From assembly GCA_026387475.1 (NCBI GenBank), contig JAPLLN010000049.1:16556-80555 (forward strand): DNA of 64,000 nucleotides. Reading direction: 5' to 3'. Positions 35,392 to 45,200 of the stretch are shown here, piece after piece (position 1 is the first letter of the stretch; each line of letters starts with the position of its first letter). Under the pieces are notes generated by a model. That model was not told where the DNA came from and ran no database searches. It saw only the letters and a program-made list of their open reading frames with translations. This stretch comes from Candidatus Omnitrophota bacterium (lineage in GTDB: Bacteria > Omnitrophota > Gorgyraeia > Gygaellales > Profunditerraquicolaceae). Both the position numbers and the translations under genes were made by a program.

Positions 35392-38265
35392 CGTAAATGA
35401 CTGATTGTCAATAACTGTATACACTTTCCCCGAACTAGGGTTAGTTAATGTTAGGACTGATCCGGGTTCTTTAGGCAAAATAGTATTCACGCTGCCAACA
35501 GGAAGGTCGCCCTGGTAAACAACCGCCCTGCCATCTTTATAATCTAAGGTAACTTTCAGTGGCCCATGTTTAACTATGCCGTATTTGGGGTCGTTTTCGG
35601 TTGTAGTAAGATCATAATTCCCTGGTGCGATTTCAGCAGCTGCGTTATTCAGAGTGACTATTACAGGTTTACTAGCATCCGGTATAGACTGGGTTGGCTC
35701 AAAGAAGGAACTAGGAGCACTTGGCGGTATGGTGACGGCAATAGGGATCTGATTTGATTTTCCAGCGTCGTAGCCGGGTATCGGTACCGTAGTTAGGGTT
35801 TCAGAAGGCTGCATCACTTGCGGAGTCCTCGCTAAATCAGTTAGCGGCGGCGCGAGCGAGTCTCTGCTGGCAAACTCGGGAGTAACCGGTAAAGGCATCG
35901 GCTTTATGGGCAGCGTTCCCCAATTAAACGCCTCCGCATCAGCATCATTCCTCTCTAAGGCGTTGGACCTAACATAAACATCAGTTCTTCCGGTAACCGA
36001 ATTATAGATAGGAAAACGAGTCTCCGGGCCATTATAGTCGCGAGGCACCAATTCATATAATACTTTATCGGTTCCTTCCTTGTAAATGGGCTGTCCGGAG
36101 ACCCAAGAACCGCCTTCGGGAGCCAGATTTGGATCATAGACGACAGTAGCGACTGCCGGCTGATTCGGCGATACGGCTGAAGGGCTTACACGATTCTGCT
36201 CGAAGAAATTAACAGGTCCCGGAGATTTAAAGTCCTTCCATTTTGCCTCAAATTCTGCTACGGTCGGTTTTGTCGCTGGGTCAAACGGATCTCTTATCTT
36301 TGCCGGGGGTTCGTTTGGATGCTGAATCTGATATGCAGAATCTTTCAACCATTGACCAACATTCTCTGCGGCTTTTGTAACAGGAGAGACTGCACCCCTT
36401 TCTCCCCAAGAATCCTGCGCTTGTTTTGTCAGGTTCTCTAAATACTGTTCTTTTTTAACATCCTGCTCAGCTCTCATAGAAACGGGGAGCGGCGCTAATG
36501 TCTTTCCTTCTCCTTCGGGGCTTACTATCGGCGCCTCTGCGAAGGAGCTCGGATTACGCAAGGGAACATAAAGCTGCTTTGGTTTTGCTGAGTAGTCAGC
36601 AGGTACCGGCACCGTGGTTAGACCTTGCGAAGGCGGTTCTACCGTAGACGGCCGAGAGCCGGTGAGACCGGCTTCGAAAGAATCAACTGTTTCAGGTATG
36701 CTTACAGGAGCCGGATTGAATAGGCTTTGTGAAATTACCGGTAAAACCGGTAGCCCTGCATCAACTTCTGATGGCGGAGAAATATTCGGTTTAAACTCCA
36801 ATGGCCGTATTAAACCAACAGGCGCTTTCACCTGATAAAGCTTCTCATCTGGTAGACCACTACCCGGAGGGCCTGCAGTATTTATTTTATCAATAAAATC
36901 AGACGCGGATGCTTGAGGAGTCCCGCCCGGAAGGCCTAAAACTGCTCCAGTATTATTAATCTGCTCCTGCAAACCGGAAGAAATGCTCGGCTTATAGCCT
37001 CCTTCTTCCAGATTGAAACCCACAGGATACTCTGGTTTATTAGAAAGATAGGCTTCGGATAGTGCCGGATATGGCTGCGAAACTGCCGGAAGCGGCTGGC
37101 TTACCTGCTGCGCAGTTGATTGGGGTAGAGAATAACCGGACCATGTCCTAGCGTCTTCCGGAGAAGCGCCATTTCTTATCGCAGATTCGTATTGCCATTG
37201 CGGAGTATTCCACGCCGGCGCCTGTGAAGTAGCAGCTTCCTGCGCCTGCGGAAGAATCATAGGAAGAGGCGGATTAATATTATACGTCTTGACGGAAATT
37301 GGAAGAAGACTCTTTCCCTCCCAATCCGACGGAAGCTGTTCCATAGGATATTCGGGATACGAAACAGTCAACCCAGAAGGGGTTGTGGTCCGAATCGTAG
37401 CATTAGTATCACCTTTACCGGTAACTACCGGAGCTTCTATTTCCGGGGTTTCTCCTGTGCGCAAACCCAACCAATTACGGCCGGCGCCATCAAGCTTAGT
37501 CTGCTTAACTCCTGATGACATAGTTTCATAGCTGGTATTCAAGTCTAATTTATGAGCAGCTAAACTCCCCAGCGAACCAGTTACATTATACGCTCCGCTA
37601 AATGCCTGATTAATCACATACCTGTCCATCATACCTTTACCTTCGGTCATCTCGCTTGCCGCGATACTTAACAGATGGGAAGGAATACCTTGCACCAAAT
37701 CGCCTAAGGCGGCTTTTGAAACAGATCCACCGGCAAAATCTCCGGCCATACCTGCGGCAAGGCCGACCCACGGGCTATACTCACCCTTACTATTCGAAGC
37801 AGCATATATAATTCCGCTCTTGACTATACTCTCCGGTATGGCTCCGGGACTACCGCTGATCAACCCCGAACCCAAACCCGTTCCTAATGAACTTATCCCG
37901 GAGATAGCCTGGCCGCCCCAGCCGTAATAATTACCCATCGCCGATATTCCATAACTCAACTGGCCGGTGGCAAGATTAGAGGCATAACTATTCCCCCACG
38001 AACCAAGGGCGCTCATCGCGCTGAAATTGCTAAGATTCCCGCCGCTTGAAATCGCGCTTGAAGCCGCGCTCCCGGCAACAGAAGAAGCCACACCTATGGC
38101 TGTCCCCACGGCAAAAGTCCCTGCGTCAAAACTATCTGTCTTGCCGCCGCCGGCGGTAGAACGGGAGGCAAACGCCTTTGCGGGTAAAGAAAAGGATAAA
38201 GCGAATGCGCAGGCTAAACATACCGCGCTAATTTTTAATATCCTCATCCTTTTCATTTTAATCAC
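35368..38265 (-). CDS. Large secreted protein (965 aa). Signal peptide, then a Gly/Ser/Ala-rich N-terminal region, then Pro-rich segments.
   Basis: The ORF track gives a 965-aa ORF. It starts GTG(M)IKMKRMRILKISAVCLACAFALSFSLPAKAFA, a classic signal peptide. A long low-complexity G/S/A region follows (SSVAGSAASSAISSGGNLSN...). It is co-oriented with the Tad operon upstream. Confidence 0.75.
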   Translation of the reverse strand: MIKMKRMRILKISAVCLACAFALSFSLPAKAFASRSTAGGGKTDSFDAGTFAVGTAIGVASSVAGSAASSAISSGGNLSNFSAMSALGSWGNSYASNLATGQLSYGISAMGNYYGWGGQAISGISSLGTGLGSGLISGSPGAIPESIVKSGIIYAASNSKGEYSPWVGLAAGMAGDFAGGSVSKAALGDLVQGIPSHLLSIAASEMTEGKGMMDRYVINQAFSGAYNVTGSLGSLAAHKLDLNTSYETMSSGVKQTKLDGAGRNWLGLRTGETPEIEAPVVTGKGDTNATIRTTTPSGLTVSYPEYPMEQLPSDWEGKSLLPISVKTYNINPPLPMILPQAQEAATSQAPAWNTPQWQYESAIRNGASPEDARTWSGYSLPQSTAQQVSQPLPAVSQPYPALSEAYLSNKPEYPVGFNLEEGGYKPSISSGLQEQINNTGAVLGLPGGTPQASASDFIDKINTAGPPGSGLPDEKLYQVKAPVGLIRPLEFKPNISPPSEVDAGLPVLPVISQSLFNPAPVSIPETVDSFEAGLTGSRPSTVEPPSQGLTTVPVPADYSAKPKQLYVPLRNPSSFAEAPIVSPEGEGKTLAPLPVSMRAEQDVKKEQYLENLTKQAQDSWGERGAVSPVTKAAENVGQWLKDSAYQIQHPNEPPAKIRDPFDPATKPTVAEFEAKWKDFKSPGPVNFFEQNRVSPSAVSPNQPAVATVVYDPNLAPEGGSWVSGQPIYKEGTDKVLYELVPRDYNGPETRFPIYNSVTGRTDVYVRSNALERNDADAEAFNWGTLPIKPMPLPVTPEFASRDSLAPPLTDLARTPQVMQPSETLTTVPIPGYDAGKSNQIPIAVTIPPSAPSSFFEPTQSIPDASKPVIVTLNNAAAEIAPGNYDLTTTENDPKYGIVKHGPLKVTLDYKDGRAVVYQGDLPVGSVNTILPKEPGSVLTLTNPSSGKVYTVIDNQSFTNVQSGQN

Positions 38266-38456
38266 TACCTTTCGTTGGTAATCTGCGTTACCCCGGGCTC
38301 ATACTGCTCGCCCTGGCCGAATGTATCCGCGGTCTCGCGCGCGCGCTCGTGGAATGCCCGCTGCAAAAATATGCGCATCCCGATAAAAGCGCCCAGCACG
38401 ATCAAAACCAATGCCACATATTCAATCAACCCCTGCGCCCTAATGTTTGGCTTCAT
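38265..38456 (-). CDS. flp: Flp/Fap-family pilin-like protein (class III signal peptide).
   Basis: 63 aa: MKPNIRAQGLIEYVALVLIVLGAFIG.... It has the G-x(2-4)-EY motif followed by a hydrophobic helix, and shares the motif with the other small ORFs in this locus. Confidence 0.55.
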   Translation of the reverse strand: MKPNIRAQGLIEYVALVLIVLGAFIGMRIFLQRAFHERARETADTFGQGEQYEPGVTQITNER

Positions 38457-39237
38457 AATCCACCGCTATGTTAGTGACGCTCTTGCCTAAATCCGGCAAT
38501 TCTTTCTCAAAAGTAACCTGGGATAACCCGATTTTACAGGTATCATTACGGTTATTAGAAAATACCAGCTCTTTCACTGCCGCGCGGGTATTCTTTACGC
38601 CTGCCATCGGCACTTGCGCAAGGGGGCTTTCGCTCTCCAACTTCCACCCCCGGAGGACCATATTATTCTTATAAAACAAAACAACTTCAGCTAATCCGTC
38701 CTTGCAGTAATAATTCACCGATTGCCCGCCGGGCCCTTCTATGAGATTTATCAATACCGCTGCCGGATAAACCGGAGCAATATCTTTTTTAGGCTTAGCC
38801 AGGAGGCGGGTTTCGCCTGCCGCCCCGGGCTCTTCTTTTATTTTACCGCGGGAGACCGTAAACCTGGTCTTGCCGTCTTGGAAATATTGCGCCGGAGGAA
38901 ATACGATGATAATACGCTCCTCTCCGTTATCAAACGCCAGCATATTATCTATAACAGCGGCATTAGCCGGCGGAACATTCTTACCTAAATTAATTTCTCT
39001 CCAATTAGAAGCAACGAGTTGTTTGCGGTAGAAATTTTTTACCGCATCCCCGCTTTCATTAGTTACGTAATAGGTAAAATGCTGCTTTGAGCCGGCGATC
39101 AACCTGTCCTCTTCTATTGTCTTCCGGGCCCCGTATGGCACCGGGGTAGAGGCCTGCCCCCACCAATCAGCATAAAGCCAGCTAACCTGAAAAAGGGTTA
39201 TAATAATCAATGCTAATAAAGTACGCTTACCTGACAT
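38440..39237 (-). CDS. Secreted hypothetical protein (265 aa) within the Tad locus.
   Basis: ORF track. N-terminal signal-like segment MSGKRTLLALIIITLFQVSWLYA. It is co-oriented and tightly packed between the tadG-like and flp genes. Confidence 0.55.
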   Translation of the reverse strand: MSGKRTLLALIIITLFQVSWLYADWWGQASTPVPYGARKTIEEDRLIAGSKQHFTYYVTNESGDAVKNFYRKQLVASNWREINLGKNVPPANAAVIDNMLAFDNGEERIIIVFPPAQYFQDGKTRFTVSRGKIKEEPGAAGETRLLAKPKKDIAPVYPAAVLINLIEGPGGQSVNYYCKDGLAEVVLFYKNNMVLRGWKLESESPLAQVPMAGVKNTRAAVKELVFSNNRNDTCKIGLSQVTFEKELPDLGKSVTNIAVDYEAKH

Positions 39238-39246
39238 TTTATCTCC

Positions 39247-40650
39247 TTACTTACCCGTCGTGCTAAGCTTATCCGTATCGATAATATCCGAGTCAAATTC
39301 CATTCTCGGCGGGTATATTTGACCGCCCTGCTGGCCAATATTTCCCTGAAAACTTACCAAGCTGTAACTATAAATATCCGGATACGCGGTCTGCCAGAGG
39401 CCCAAGTCCGTTCCCTCGTGATGTTGATGGGTGTGAACCGTAACAAAGCGTTCATTATCCCAGGGCTTTACGTCGTTAATCCAACAGATAATATCCAGCG
39501 CGTCTCCTTCGCTATCTTTTGTCGAACGCTCCGGCATTAATCCGGCTTCAGCCGCAACAAGCAGGGCGATCATGGCGGGGATTAAAGCGATCGCTGCCAG
39601 CACCGCTGCATTACCTACCCCTGCCGACGCCTGGCCTGCTGCAGATAAGTTGCACGCAGCTACATAACCATCTGGAAATGGTTTGCCACATTGAATCACG
39701 GCAAGAGCGAAAAACTTAGCAGCAGTCCTATATGCCTCACCAGCTGCAATCATATCTGCCTTAGCGCTCAAACCCAGGCCTAAAATAGAGGCTAAATCCG
39801 CTAACTCCACGGCTAACGGAAATACGCAAACCTGTAAATCAAAGGTATCCGGTTTTTCAATCGTCGAGTTTATCTTCACAAAATGGCCCCTGTCTTGTCC
39901 GTCTTTCCACGGATAAATATATTCATCCGGAGGGGTGTCTTCTTTAGCCAGATTAGAGATAGAAGTCAAAAACTCACTGAAGCTCCCCTGATAATCACGT
40001 TTTTTATCCGGATCAGTTACATCTTCGGGCGGGTCTCCGCTCCTTAATTTGTTCCCTATCCCGCTGTTGGCAAAAGCAAAGGTATAAGAATAACCCTTGG
40101 CATAATTGTGTTGTTTTTTCGCAGTCTCGCGTATCTTCAAATAGGTGAAATACTGGCCTGTCCAGAAACCCAGAACAGCGAGATTTAAAGCTATGATGAT
40201 CTTAGTAAAGCTTGCTAACTCTGCAGCGGATGCGACTGCTGCTAAGTTAGCCACACCAGATTTTGCTAAACCAATAGGAGCAGCGCAACAGGCTGCTCCT
40301 GTCGCTATTATGCCGGCTGCCGTGGCTTGATTTGCATAGGTTTGCGCAAATGCTAATTTTATCAGTGCCGTAGCAAAAGATACGCTAAAAGAAGCGTAAA
40401 ACATCCAGTATTTTGCTTCTAACGTGCTATTACTCTGGGCAATGCCGTTAAATAAGCTCGCCATAGTCGAGCCTCCGGCGAGCGCTCCGGAGTCTGCGGC
40501 GTTAGCCCCGTAAGTCTTGGTCATCGCCACCTTACTTAAATTCACCGAGACCATCGCCATAATAATGAGCACAACCAACACGATGATAAATATCGGGACC
40601 ATCTGGCCCTGTTCATACCTGAATTTATTTTTGGAAAAATTTGTAAACAT
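39247..40650 (-). CDS. tadG: TadG-like pilus assembly / minor pilin-like protein (467 aa).
   Basis: N-terminal segment EQGQMVPIFIIVLVVLIIMAMVSVNLSKVA resembles the TadE/G-like N-terminal helix. Its position after the tadE-like genes matches canonical Tad locus order. Confidence 0.45.
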   Translation of the reverse strand: MFTNFSKNKFRYEQGQMVPIFIIVLVVLIIMAMVSVNLSKVAMTKTYGANAADSGALAGGSTMASLFNGIAQSNSTLEAKYWMFYASFSVSFATALIKLAFAQTYANQATAAGIIATGAACCAAPIGLAKSGVANLAAVASAAELASFTKIIIALNLAVLGFWTGQYFTYLKIRETAKKQHNYAKGYSYTFAFANSGIGNKLRSGDPPEDVTDPDKKRDYQGSFSEFLTSISNLAKEDTPPDEYIYPWKDGQDRGHFVKINSTIEKPDTFDLQVCVFPLAVELADLASILGLGLSAKADMIAAGEAYRTAAKFFALAVIQCGKPFPDGYVAACNLSAAGQASAGVGNAAVLAAIALIPAMIALLVAAEAGLMPERSTKDSEGDALDIICWINDVKPWDNERFVTVHTHQHHEGTDLGLWQTAYPDIYSYSLVSFQGNIGQQGGQIYPPRMEFDSDIIDTDKLSTTGK

Positions 40651-40662
40651 CGCCGCCCTTCC

Positions 40663-40911
40663 TTACTTCACTATAACCTTATTCTCAGTAAGCGCCTCCG
40701 GGACATAATTCCAACTCACGGGCTGAATGTAGTCGTCTTTACCTGTCCCGGCAGTAACGCGCGTATTATTGTAAGCGACCTGGCGTTTGATCATCTGATT
40801 ATTAAACCAGAACCAGATATTCACCATCCCGCCGAGGACAATGACCAGGATGATAAACGCCATCACTGTCTCAATGGTCCCCTGTCCTTTATTATTGCGC
40901 GCGCTCCTCAT
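40663..40911 (-). CDS. TadE/TadF-like pseudopilin (82 aa).
   Basis: MRSARNNKGQGTIETVMAFIILVIVLGGMV... has the G-x4-E class III signal-like motif plus a TM helix. Confidence 0.5.
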   Translation of the reverse strand: MRSARNNKGQGTIETVMAFIILVIVLGGMVNIWFWFNNQMIKRQVAYNNTRVTAGTGKDDYIQPVSWNYVPEALTENKVIVK

Positions 40912-40912
40912 T

Positions 40913-41572
40913 TTAATGCCCGGGTGTATACCACGTCCGGCCCCTTTCTACTTCTGTGCCTGTCGCAGCCTCGCTATACCGGTACTGGTGCGTATTCGGA
41001 TCGTAATAAACTCCCTGCGTAACTGTCCAGAGAGGCTTATTATCTTTATCTACTAGAGTGGTGGTGATAGTATCTTTTAAAGTCGAGGAGCGGATATTGG
41101 TAATGCCCGCCGCATCCTCCTGCTTACGCGTGCTCTCTTTAAATTGCGTATCTTGAGAAGTCGTTACGTTCTGCACGCTCCCGATATCTTTAAGATTAGG
41201 GGAATAATTATCGTTTACTTTGTAATAATTAGCGCTCTCTCCGGCGCTCCCTACTTCGGGGACCGACCATAGGACGCTGGCGTTGGCATTAGTGGTCTGG
41301 GAACTTCCTTTTCTGAAATACCCGGAGATATCCGCGTCTCTCCTATTCTCTAAAAGCGAGAGCTGTACCGAGCCTCCGCCTGCCGAAGGCGTATTGATCC
41401 CGCCGTAGTTAGCTATCTGCAGCGCTTCGCGGAAGGTGCGCATCTGCACATACTGCAGGTCATTGGCGCGGCTTAAATAAGAGAGGAGGATGCCGAAGAT
41501 GACCAGTATAAGGCTGCCGAATATTGCCAGCTCTAACAATGCCTGCCCTCTTATGTTCCTACCACGTATCAT
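40913..41572 (-). CDS. tadE: TadE-like pseudopilin (219 aa).
   Basis: MIRGRNIRGQALLELAIFGSLILVIFGILLSYLSRAN matches the TadE-like N-terminal pattern (G-x4-E followed by a hydrophobic helix). Confidence 0.5.
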   Translation of the reverse strand: MIRGRNIRGQALLELAIFGSLILVIFGILLSYLSRANDLQYVQMRTFREALQIANYGGINTPSAGGGSVQLSLLENRRDADISGYFRKGSSQTTNANASVLWSVPEVGSAGESANYYKVNDNYSPNLKDIGSVQNVTTSQDTQFKESTRKQEDAAGITNIRSSTLKDTITTTLVDKDNKPLWTVTQGVYYDPNTHQYRYSEAATGTEVERGRTWYTPGH

Positions 41573-41581
41573 TTTAGCCCC

Positions 41582-41992
41582 CTACTGCTGCTGTTCGGTA
41601 TTGCTGGACGTATTCGAACTCTGATAAACAACGCCGGAATCCGATAAAGCTGCCGAGACCCCGGTAGTATCGATAATCCTGCGCGTATCCACCACATTGG
41701 AACTTGAACTGGATTGCGCGACTTCATTTAAACTGATAGCTCTGGCTCCTCCCAACATATCTATAGAGGTCATATTCGAAGCAGAATTAGAAGTGCTGTT
41801 GCTTGAGACTATGGCATTGACATAATAATCCGCAGCCTGCATCTGGTTCCCGCCGCCGATAAAATTATCCGCCATATCCTTGACCTGCCCCTGAAAAGAG
41901 CGCTTGATATAGGTGCTCATCGCAAACAAAACAATAGCGATGATCCCGAAAATAATGCTGTATTCCAGAACTGAAGCGGCTCTTTTATTCAT
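41582..41992 (-). CDS. flp: Flp-like pilin with a Ser/Thr-rich C-terminal extension (136 aa).
   Basis: MNKRAASVLEYSIIFGIIAIVLFA..., with an S/T/N-rich tail. Confidence 0.5.
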   Translation of the reverse strand: MNKRAASVLEYSIIFGIIAIVLFAMSTYIKRSFQGQVKDMADNFIGGGNQMQAADYYVNAIVSSNSTSNSASNMTSIDMLGGARAISLNEVAQSSSSSNVVDTRRIIDTTGVSAALSDSGVVYQSSNTSSNTEQQQ

Positions 41993-41994
41993 TT

Positions 41995-42324
41995 CTACCT
42001 CAAAGGTTCCTGATCCACGCTTAAAACATTCTCAACGCGGTTAGTCTGCTGCAGCGTGTTGGCGCTGGACTCATAAATGCTCCGGTTCGTGCCGTTTATC
42101 TCCTGCTCGTAACTTGACCCTTTTTCATTCACCTCGCGGTTTATGGTGATATCCGAGATAGTCGCGCCCGGAGAATAACTAACCGCCCCGATCTGCTCGG
42201 CGCTTGTCTTGATCTTTCCCTGTATCCCGCCCTTTAAGTATATCTGCATACCGACGAGCGCGGCGACCAGAATACAGATAAAGACCGCGTACTCCACCAG
42301 GCTTTGGGCGCTATTTCTCATCAC
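41995..42324 (-). CDS. flp: Flp-like pilin (109 aa).
   Basis: MMRNSAQSLVEYAVFICILVAALVGMQIYLKGG.... Confidence 0.55.
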   Translation of the reverse strand: MMRNSAQSLVEYAVFICILVAALVGMQIYLKGGIQGKIKTSAEQIGAVSYSPGATISDITINREVNEKGSSYEQEINGTNRSIYESSANTLQQTNRVENVLSVDQEPLR

Positions 42325-42325
42325 T

Positions 42326-42487
42326 CTACCTCTTAGTCTCGTCCAGCTCGGTCTGCACCTGTTTAAAACGGGCGTTTACCGAGCGCTGCATATAAACATA
42401 CATCGCCACGAGTGCCGCGGAGACTATCATGATCAGCATCGCGTACTCTAACAAACTCTGGGCTCTTTTCCTTAAGAAGATTTTCAT
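42326..42487 (-). CDS. flp: Flp-like pilin (53 aa). Not in the ORF track because it is under 60 aa.
   Basis: Hand-translated: MKIFLRKRAQSLLEYAMLIMIVSAALVAMYVYMQRSVNARFKQVQTELDETKR. ATG at 42485–42487 and stop at 42326–42328. Confidence 0.5.
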   Translation of the reverse strand: MKIFLRKRAQSLLEYAMLIMIVSAALVAMYVYMQRSVNARFKQVQTELDETKR

Positions 42488-42503
42488 CGCGGCCCCTTTC
42501 ATT

Positions 42504-42662
42504 TTACTGCTTCATTCCGGAAATGATCCCGGAGGCCTTATTAAAATATTTCTGAAAAGCGTTCTTAATGTTATCCTTAAATCCCGCGGCGATCACCGCC
42601 GCAAGGACCACTATCATGATAATGGCGTATTCCGCTATACTTTGAGCCCGGTGGTCTTTCAT
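42504..42662 (-). CDS. flp: Flp-like pilin (52 aa). Not in the ORF track.
   Basis: Hand-translated: MKDHRAQSIAEYAIIMIVVLAAVIAAGFKDNIKNAFQKYFNKASGIISGMKQ. Confidence 0.5.
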   Translation of the reverse strand: MKDHRAQSIAEYAIIMIVVLAAVIAAGFKDNIKNAFQKYFNKASGIISGMKQ

Positions 42663-42663
42663 C

Positions 42664-43536
42664 TTACTTGCCTCCGATAGCGAATGCCGCGCCCTTCATA
42701 AACTCTAGCAGGATCGGCGCGCCTATTACTATGCCGATGACCGGCAGAATACAGAAGATGAGCGGAATAAGGATCTTGATCGGCGCCTGTAAGGCGAATC
42801 TCTCCCCGCGGTGGAAGCGCATCATGCGCGTGTCTTCCGACAAGATCATGAACGCCTCGGCAACCGGTGTCCCCATCCTCTCTGCCAGGACCAGCGTCTG
42901 GACAAACGAGCTTACTTCCGGAATATTCAGGCGCTTGGACATATCTTTTAAAGCCTGCGAGCGGGACTTACCCCATTTGATCTCTTCCAAGACAAATGCC
43001 AGCTCTTCCATCATCGGGTTCATCGGCGTTTTATCGATGACCCACTTGACCGCGGTGGTAAAATCCAACCCCGCTTCAACGCAGAGGCCCAAAAGATCGA
43101 CTGTCTCCGGCAAGAGGCGGGCAATGGCGTATTTGCGCTGGGCAATTTTGCGCTTCACGATTATATCCGGAATCATATAACCTAACAAAAGCGCAAAAGC
43201 GAATTCCCAGATCTGCGGCTTGGCAAGCACAAAATAAGCGGCAACACAAAGAACAGCCATGAGTATAATTTTCAAGTTAAAGAATTCTATGGCGGTAAAA
43301 CGTAAGTGCGCGGCATCCAATTTATTCTTCAAATCCAGGTCAAGATGCAGTTTCTCCAGTATCTGGCGCGAGAAAGGTATAACCTTGGTCAGGAAATTAT
43401 GCAGGCGCACCTTCTGCACCTTCTGTTCAGCGTCGGGGAGCGTGAGCCTGCGGGTAGCGTACGCCGGCGAAGAAAGTATCGAGGCTACGATCAACCCCGC
43501 GCTTAAAATGATCAGGCCGTAAATGGCAAAAAGCAT
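42664..43536 (-). CDS. tadC: Type II secretion F-domain inner-membrane platform protein, TadC-like (290 aa).
   Basis: GspF-like segment ...LPETVDLLGLCVEAGLDFTTAVKWV...ALKDMSKRLNIPEVSSFVQTLVLAERMGTPVAEAF.... It is the second of two adjacent GspF-like genes. Confidence 0.7.
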   Translation of the reverse strand: MLFAIYGLIILSAGLIVASILSSPAYATRRLTLPDAEQKVQKVRLHNFLTKVIPFSRQILEKLHLDLDLKNKLDAAHLRFTAIEFFNLKIILMAVLCVAAYFVLAKPQIWEFAFALLLGYMIPDIIVKRKIAQRKYAIARLLPETVDLLGLCVEAGLDFTTAVKWVIDKTPMNPMMEELAFVLEEIKWGKSRSQALKDMSKRLNIPEVSSFVQTLVLAERMGTPVAEAFMILSEDTRMMRFHRGERFALQAPIKILIPLIFCILPVIGIVIGAPILLEFMKGAAFAIGGK

Positions 43537-43548
43537 TAAATCTCCCTC

Positions 43549-44412
43549 CTATATCTTGATGATGCTGAACTTGCGTATTAAAACCATCCCCACAACCTGC
43601 AAGATTAGCGCAACGATCAAAAGCGTCCTTCCGGTGTCGCTCTCAAGCATGATGTCAAAATGATGTTTATTGTTCATAATGACCCAGACAAAGAATATCA
43701 GCGGTAAAATTGACATGATGATGCCCTGCATCCTGCCCTGAAGAGTAAGGGTCTTGATGCTTTCTTTCAGCTTGCGATTATCGCGTATAGTAGTAATAAG
43801 ACGGCTGAAAACCTTGGTCAGGTCGCCGCCGGTTTCACGGGCGACTAAGACCGAATTTACTACCAGGCTTAAGTCTTCCATCTGCATTCTTTTATCCAAC
43901 CGCCTCAAGCTCTCTTCAAGGGTGATACCCATGCGGTTCTCCCTGACTAAAAGGCCGATCTCCTGGCCCATGGGCGCGGGCATCTCCTCGACGAGGACTT
44001 CAAATGCCTGCAAGAGGCTTAAGCCGCCTTTCAGGGCGCTGGAGAGAATCATGATCGAGTCGATAAGCTGATCGTAAAATTTCTTTCTGCGCTGCGCGTC
44101 CCTTATCTTTAACATCATATTCGGGATAGCTAACCCCACAAACGCGCCGGCAAACGCCCCCAGCCAGTTACTGGCGAGGATATATCCGAGCGTGCCCAGA
44201 ACAGGCGGAAGGATATAATAAAGCATGATTATCCTGCGCGGACTCTTGTCATAGGAGAACATATCGTCGAGTTTTTTCTCGATGACCCGCTCCTTTTCAT
44301 CGTGCCAGTCCCGCGCCTTTTCCTCGACCTTGGGCGCTCCCGCCATAGTCAAGAGCACAATGGAAGCCGCCACTAAACCGACAATAACTAAAAATAATAT
44401 GGCCAAAGACAT
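43549..44412 (-). CDS. tadB: Type II secretion F-domain inner-membrane platform protein, TadB-like (287 aa).
   Basis: GspF-like segment ...LSSALKGGLSLLQAFEVLVEEMPAPMGQEIGLLVRENRMGITLEESLRRL.... Confidence 0.7.
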   Translation of the reverse strand: MSLAILFLVIVGLVAASIVLLTMAGAPKVEEKARDWHDEKERVIEKKLDDMFSYDKSPRRIIMLYYILPPVLGTLGYILASNWLGAFAGAFVGLAIPNMMLKIRDAQRRKKFYDQLIDSIMILSSALKGGLSLLQAFEVLVEEMPAPMGQEIGLLVRENRMGITLEESLRRLDKRMQMEDLSLVVNSVLVARETGGDLTKVFSRLITTIRDNRKLKESIKTLTLQGRMQGIIMSILPLIFFVWVIMNNKHHFDIMLESDTGRTLLIVALILQVVGMVLIRKFSIIKI

Positions 44413-44443
44413 TTACCTTGTCTCCTTTCGCAACAATTTTAAA

Positions 44444-44767
44444 TTACCAGCTGCCTTCGCTGTTCAGCGACCCTGTGTTCTGGGTCGTATCGCGGTTCTG
44501 CGACTGGTTGGTGCTGCTTGTGGTGTAGGCATTAGTCCCGCCGACGACATTCTCCGTCGAATTTACGCTTGAATAAGTCGTAGTATTCGCGGTCGACCGG
44601 GTCGGAGAATACTGTTCGCCGATCTGGTCACTCGCTTCTTTCACCCGCCCCTGAAGGCCGCCTTTGATATAAGACTGCATCATGATAAGCGCCCCCACCA
44701 CCACGCCGATTATTACCGCGTATTCGAGCGTACTTTGGGCCTTTCTTTGTTTTAAACGGATAAACAT
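44444..44767 (-). CDS. flp: Flp-like pilin (107 aa).
   Basis: MFIRLKQRKAQSTLEYAVIIGVVVGALIMMQSYIKGG.... Confidence 0.55.
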   Translation of the reverse strand: MFIRLKQRKAQSTLEYAVIIGVVVGALIMMQSYIKGGLQGRVKEASDQIGEQYSPTRSTANTTTYSSVNSTENVVGGTNAYTTSSTNQSQNRDTTQNTGSLNSEGSW

Positions 44768-44797
44768 TTTGTCCTCCCTGTCTGCCGATAGGCAGGC

Positions 44798-45154
44798 TTA
44801 TTGTCCCGAACTGTTGACAGAAAGCGTCTGCTGCTCCCTGGTAACGTTAGTCCGCTGATTGGTAGTCTTGCTTACGCCGCCACCCAAGGACTCACCTTCA
44901 CTCTCGTTACTGGACTGTTGAGTCTGGGCATTTGACTGCACATAATACGGCTCATACTGCGAAGTATTGAAAGTAAGCGTATTCCCGCCGACGGACCCGC
45001 CGGAACCCCGGGCATCCACCACGTCCTTAATGCGGCCCTGTAATCCTCTCTTGATATAGACCTGCATCGCGATAAACGCGCCGACGACAATGGCGAAAAG
45101 TATGGCGTACTCTGCCGTGGTCTGCGCCCTGCTCCTGTTCATTTGGATAAACAT
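44798..45154 (-). CDS. flp: Flp-like pilin (118 aa).
   Basis: MFIQMNRSRAQTTAEYAILFAIVVGAFIAMQVYIKRG.... Confidence 0.55.
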   Translation of the reverse strand: MFIQMNRSRAQTTAEYAILFAIVVGAFIAMQVYIKRGLQGRIKDVVDARGSGGSVGGNTLTFNTSQYEPYYVQSNAQTQQSSNESEGESLGGGVSKTTNQRTNVTREQQTLSVNSSGQ

Positions 45155-45200
45155 ATTTCACCCCCCTTGATTTGTTTTAAAAAACTAATTTCCGCCGAGA

